Below are positions 58,774 to 64,000 of a stretch of 64,000 nucleotides of DNA, one piece after another. The DNA lies in the NCBI RefSeq assembly GCF_040938485.1, contig NW_027271834.1, positions 248,001-312,000 of the forward strand. The letters run 5' to 3'. Origin of the DNA: Diadema antillarum (lineage: Eukaryota). Each line of letters starts with the position of its first letter. Positions within the stretch are counted from its first letter, which is position 1. The position numbers and the translations under genes were made by a program. Under the pieces are notes generated by a model. It worked only from the letters and a program-made list of their open reading frames with translations. It made no database searches and was not told the DNA's origin.

Positions 58774-59800
58774 GTGAGTCAGACCTTTGCCTTGCGCCTT
58801 TGTGAAAGAAAAGAACGATGAATCTGCGGTCTTTCTCACATGTCTTTATATGCAAGTCCGGTCTTTGCGTATATGTACGATGATCAGTGCTTGAAAACTG
58901 ACATTTTCTTGGCGTCAAGGAAGGAATCGATTTGATTTTGATAAGTTTTGATAACAACGTGCTGGTGAGTTCTTTGTCGTTGATAATGTAGTGGCTGGCC
59001 TTCTCGCCACTTTGTGTTTTGGTCAGTGACAGTGTTACCGATGTGATCTTGAGTTCTAACTGATTCTAGTGTTAGTGTTACGAGTGTGTGAGACTGATCC
59101 AGAAGAGCAGAGGTGTGATGATTAACTTTAGTGTGATATTTTACCACAACGTACAAACATAGTTACACCTTTTTTTGGACTTGGATACTTGTTGCTGTCT
59201 TTTCATACATTATAGGCTTATAGGTAATAGTTCGCTACCGTTGTGAATTGTGCATGTTCTGGACACGATGAATGAATTATTATTATAATAATAATTTAGG
59301 TTGTTAACCAGTGTTAATTAATTGCTATGAATTACGATGTCAAGTGAGGGGGAGTCCTCTAATCCTTTATTATTAGGGTCATACCAATCGTTGTGAATCA
59401 AACTATCCTATAAAATTTGCTTCAAAGGCAAAGCAGTGAACACATGGTCATTTTCAATTTTACAGTTGCCTACAGTCATCAGGCAGTTGGCCAGTGATTC
59501 GATCATCCAAGAACAATTATATTGGGCCTATGTTATGATGCATGCAGAGTGCCGAGATCTCTTAACTGTCAAGCTGAGCCTTGCCCCCTTTACAATAAAC
59601 TGTACAAACTTCTTGTACATAATTTGTAGGTCCATACATTGTATGTAGACCCTACCTTTTTGCAAACCCAATTCATTCATACTAACCATGCTAACCCTAC
59701 ATGATGTAGATTTTATGTTATACATTTTATATTAAATTTGTTCCCTTAAACAATATCATAATTCATAGATACAGTAATATACATGTAACATTAACTACAC

Positions 59801-59831
59801 GCAGCCGCTGTCGTGAAGCGACAGCGGCTGC
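59801..59831. other. Perfect GC-rich 13-bp hairpin
   Basis: GCAGCCGCTGTCG-TGAAG-CGACAGCGGCTGC. Confidence 0.9.
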
Positions 59832-60865
59832 ACGTCTACTCCTTCGCAGACGTTGTCATTTTTCAGTGGTGGTTGTGCGACTCCTTCATGAATATATTTT
59901 TTAATCGTGGAAAACTAAAATATAAGGAATCCCCGTAATCTATGATAATCATCCAATAATCGGTATGCGTATTTTTTTTTTAATTACGTCAAAAACCTAC
60001 CGAAATCCGTCCTTAAAATCAGGTCTGTGAGCGTCCGTATTGCTTCACTCCTCATCTTCTGCGTGTTATTGAATGGCAATCACTCTCCTATGCTACAACG
60101 TAGGTAGTCGGAGGTAGTCGGAGTGACGTCATATCATGAGAGCAGCACGCGCGGAAATACATGGTAGAAGACGACAAGCTTTACGTAACACACGAAACGC
60201 ACGGGCGTACGTAAAATGCAAACACGGTACCTCGGGTTGAGCGTTCGTGGCTGTTCGTTTAGTTTGTGAATCATCGTACAATCTACTCCGAAAAATTCAA
60301 CAATAAGGTTTGGATACCAACAAAACACCAAATTCAACTCAACCATCAGCAACATACGATATAGGTGGGTGGTATTACTGTTCAAATCAAACAAAATAAA
60401 AGACATTTTTGTGGTCTTGCCGTCAAAAGCGACAGTCGTTTACGTACGTTTAAACACTAGTACATGTCAGACTGCTGTGCTGTGCACAGCGGTCTGGTCA
60501 GGCTAATGTAACATATACATTCAAATGGAAATGATACAGTTGATGCAAAACACAAGTATTTATGAACAGGGAAGTAACACATGGGCTAGGGCTCACAAAA
60601 GTAATTAAGGTGTTTTAATTTTGCCCTTAGGCATGTAAGCCCTCATGTGATGCATTCCTGTACTCAGACACAATGTATAAAAAGCACATTAATCAAAAAG
60701 ACCATTAGCCTAATAATTTCCCCTTTTGTTGTTTATGTTTCGTTGCTGTTGACTACCTCTGAAAGACAGGCAGAAATTTTACAGTTTATCTTTCTCTTGT
60801 TGAAACAGTTCGCAATACATAAGTCGCCAAGCATCCACTAGACACCGATCTCCATAGATACAACA

Positions 60866-62902
60866 ATGGCTGATGTCCGACGAGTCCCCATTCAGCTCCG
60901 TCTGATGACCTACCTGTCGCCCGGTCTTCCGGTCGAGTTCTTCGAGATGATTGCTCATTACCTGGAAGAGAAGATGGGATGTCCCGTCTACCTAATCTAT
61001 GAAAGTCGCTGGTCGGGTCCTCCCAGCGATAGGACAGACCCCTTCACTCTAGATCACATTGATTTGGGTGAGTATGCAGCACTTGAAGGTGATAGAAATA
61101 TGTCCCTTAAAAAGTCAAAGCTTTTTCATTACAACTGATTGACAAATTCATCGACATAAAGAAAATACTGATTGCTTCAATACATTAAGTAGTAGCTGCA
61201 TTAAAACTTGATTTGTCAATCAGTTGTGATAGCAAACAACTTGACATACCCGGTAAACTCAATTTGAATTCACAGGCCATCAGTCGGGTGAAAACTTGGA
61301 AGTCTAGTGGATGTGATGCTTGTCTAGCAACTAGGAGGTCATGGGTTTGAATCTAACCCAAATATGTATGGCCCATGATTTTTGTCATGGCGACTACTCA
61401 ATACACCAAACAGTGTTTCTTTACATCAGCGAAAGGCATTATTGTCCGTATTGCGTAAGTTGCACTGAAAAACGACTCGACACAAGAATTACGAGTTTGA
61501 CAGGCAAAACTTGAAGTCCTCGTAAGAAATAAAGAAAAACACAAAATACAAAGCATGATTAAGTTGGATAGGGAGCACATACATGTAGGCCTCAATATTG
61601 TATCGACCTGTCTCACTGAGTACTCGAGAAAGAAGTGGTGGAGGTAACTTTGTGTCATTAGGAGATCAAGAGGAAAATGAGGCAAATTGGTTTGAAGGCC
61701 TTAGTGGCAGTAGCCATACTCCAGGGAGGGAGAGAGAAAGATGGGAAAACAGAAAGATTGGGAGAAAGAAAGAGGAATAGATAGACAGAGACAGACCAAA
61801 AAAAAAAAAAAAAAAAACAGGCAGGGAAAATAGTAAGATTACATGTATCAACAATTGCGAAGAGTTCGTATGAGAAAAGCTACCAAGCAGTAGAGGGAAA
61901 GCTTTTGATATACGGTGGACTCCCGTTGTAACGAAGTCCTCGGGGACCGGCGGTTTTCTTTCGTTATATCGAAATTTTGTTATAACCGAACAAATAAACA
62001 ATGAAATACTCGGAGCAGATAATGTTGCAGCCTCAATTTTTACTTCGTTGCAACCTGGATTTTGTTATAACTGTGTTCATTATAATGGGAATTCACTGTA
62101 TATGTGAATGGGGGTCTCTCTTCTGTGATAGTCTTGATAATGGTTTTTTTTCTTTCTGTTGCATCCCAAAAAGCATTCATGAATGCAGAGCCCTTTATGA
62201 AGCTGGTCAGTAGAGCCAAGGACAAGGCCGAGCTGCTTCCCGTGGCGCCGGTCTACCCTCACCCCAAATCGGACAACAAGCCAGTCTACTTCTCTGATGT
62301 CATCGTCCATGCAGACAACTGGTACAGCCCTTCTCACAGATCTTCCCCCTCCCCCCGCCCACCCCCCTTGTTGGCATGCTACCTGGATGTGTTCCATATG
62401 GGGCCAATCCCATGTGTTATTTGTTGATTACCAAGACACAATAATATAACTTCATTTTGGAGACAATAGTCACAAACCGAATGGCATGTAGAAAAGAAGA
62501 AGAGTTGACTCTACATCCTAACATGAAGACAATGTAGAGATATATGTGCACTTATGTGTTTATTCTGGTATTCAAAAATGATTTGATGTGCAAGCTCTGC
62601 TTCATAGATCATTTTGTCTTTCTCTTTGATAACCTGTAGATATGTTGTGATTACGTTTCTAGTTCCTTATCCATGATGACACTGATTGATATTATAGAAC
62701 ATTTCCATAACTTGGTTGCAGATATTATGTTATTGTTATCTTTCTGTTTTCTGTAGTGAAAAGTACAAAGAATTCAAGGACCTGCGAGGCGTGAAATGGG
62801 CTTACAGCGGGCCAGATTCTCCCAGCGGCGTCTACACGACTCTCAGGCAGCTGAAGAAGATGGGCGAAACTGTGATGTTCTTCGGGCACATCATTCAGTC
62901 AG
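60866..62902 (+). CDS. PhnD-like phosphonate/phosphate-binding (periplasmic binding fold, Phosphonate-bd family) protein; 5' part, 3' exons not found in the window
   Basis: Exons 60866-61067, 62174-62321, 62757-62902, in frame across GT-AG introns: MADVRRVPIQLRLMTYLSPGLPVEFFEMIAHYLEEKMG...HIDLAFMNAEPFMKL...PVYFSDVIVHADNCEKYKEFKDLRGVKWAYSGPDSPSG...FFGHIIQSG. The pattern Y-x-S-x-(V/I)-(I)-V...DL-x-G-x-x-x-A...S-x-S-G is typical of PhnD-family binding proteins (recalled). Confidence 0.75.
61301..61360 (+). mobile_element. Decayed tRNA-derived SINE head
   Basis: AGTCTAGTGG (A-box-like) ... GAGGTCATGGGTTTGAATC (B-box-like). Confidence 0.4.
61913..62098. mobile_element. Tc1/mariner-type MITE (same family as 9909-10103)
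   Basis: TA|CGGTGGACTCCCGTTGTAACGAAG ... CATTATAATGGGAATTCACTG|TA. Confidence 0.75.
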
Positions 62903-64000
62903 GTGAGTGGTGTTTCAGGCTAACTTACCCTGACCTGATGTAAGACTTACCCTGCATGAGGTACCGGGTGGTCCTAAGAAAGATCTCATGTCAGTTTTTA
63001 ACCTCTGACCATTCACATTTGTGTCTCTCTCACCCTAGGCTTTGGGGAAGAGTTCCCATCAGCAAGTCCAGGGGTCAACTTATATTCAAATAATCTGTCT
63101 TGTGCGCTCACATGAATGGGAAAGAAGCTCCTTGCTTGGTATTGCATACACGTCGTCAGCATGTGATCGGGATGCCTTGAGGCATCACAATGTCTAACTT
63201 TGATCCAAAGCCCAACAGGTATGCCCAGGGACAGAGGAGTTAGCCCCCTCCCCCCCCCCCCCCCCCCATCACTGGAACTTTCCTAGACATGGAGACAACT
63301 GCACAAGCATTGTTGAAGTTATCATTTCTGTGATGAAATGTGTGTGGCATCTGGATCAGAGTGCTATATAAATATCGTCGCTGGGGTGACAAGATCTTCT
63401 ATCTACAATTTTGGTGAAAATGACTTTTTTTAACTAATAGTCAAATAATGGGTTAAGTGATGTCCTGTCCAAATCCCAACTGTCTTACTCCAAAAATGAA
63501 GCCACCACGGCATGTCAAAGGAAAGGCTATCCCATTCGCTATAGTGCTTTGGCCGCCATGTTTTTTGGCTGTCCTGAACATTTGACATTTTGTAGATACG
63601 AGGGATATCATTTGTGGCAGCACTCTTGCTGCAATTACCATTACAGCCACCAGTCATAACTAAATAACAATCAGTGAGCCACCTATGGCATCCTATGTAT
63701 TGTGTACGGGGGTTCAAGCATTACTGGGTTGTGAGTGCAGGAAAATTTGAATGTGTCTTTGTCGTGATAGTATCGTTTCATTGTTGTCCTCTCTTTGAAG
63801 TTGTCTCCATTATTAATTGCAAAATCAGCTGTTTTCTGCAGTTAGTAGATATTGATATTGTAAAAATCATCTTGGCGGTATTTATGAATGTTAGTTCTGA
63901 CTTTAATGTAGAAAAAAAAAATTGTCCTTCTGTATTCCACAGTAACCACTTTTAAATGAAATAATCGACTATTGGGGTTATGATTTTGATTGTTGACTTA

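Noticed and set aside
62905-63390. Further PhnD-like exon or a named SINE family
   Set aside because: No open frame with the expected GSH-like motif after a plausible acceptor. The segment ends in an L2-like GTGCTATATAAAT tail, but the family could not be established.

Overview
Eukaryotic (animal) genomic DNA, AT-rich and intron-rich. The transposon families suggest a marine invertebrate such as an echinoderm, but this is inference only. I reconstructed five spliced genes by hand from GT-AG boundaries and reading-frame continuity. (1-3) Three head-to-tail prostaglandin reductase 1 / alkenal-one oxidoreductase (PTGR1/LTB4DH, MDR family) paralogs, A 4266-12283, B 15138-27920 and C 32286-42989. 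Each has 9 coding exons of identical lengths (109/46/57/165/118/156/106/119/111 nt; 328 aa). (4) CCDC86 (Cgr1 family) on the minus strand, 50098-58135, 5 coding exons, 260 aa. (5) The 5' part of an intron-containing gene for a PhnD-like (bacterial phosphonate-binding fold) protein, from 60866, incomplete in this window. Paralogs B and C differ at only 15 of 328 residues, and 9 of these fall in a 24-codon patch of exon 8 that corresponds to the substrate/dimer region. Other patches are nucleotide-identical, suggesting gene conversion. Introns and intergenic DNA carry many non-autonomous DNA transposons, several confirmed by target-site duplications (TSDs) and by empty sites in the sister paralog or the opposite arm. 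They include a triple-nested insertion, GG-ended 8-bp-TSD foldback elements, an Academ-like element and a 27-bp micro-insertion. There is one 131-N assembly gap, no CRISPR array, no rRNA and no intact tRNA. All family names come from recalled motifs; no database searches were run.
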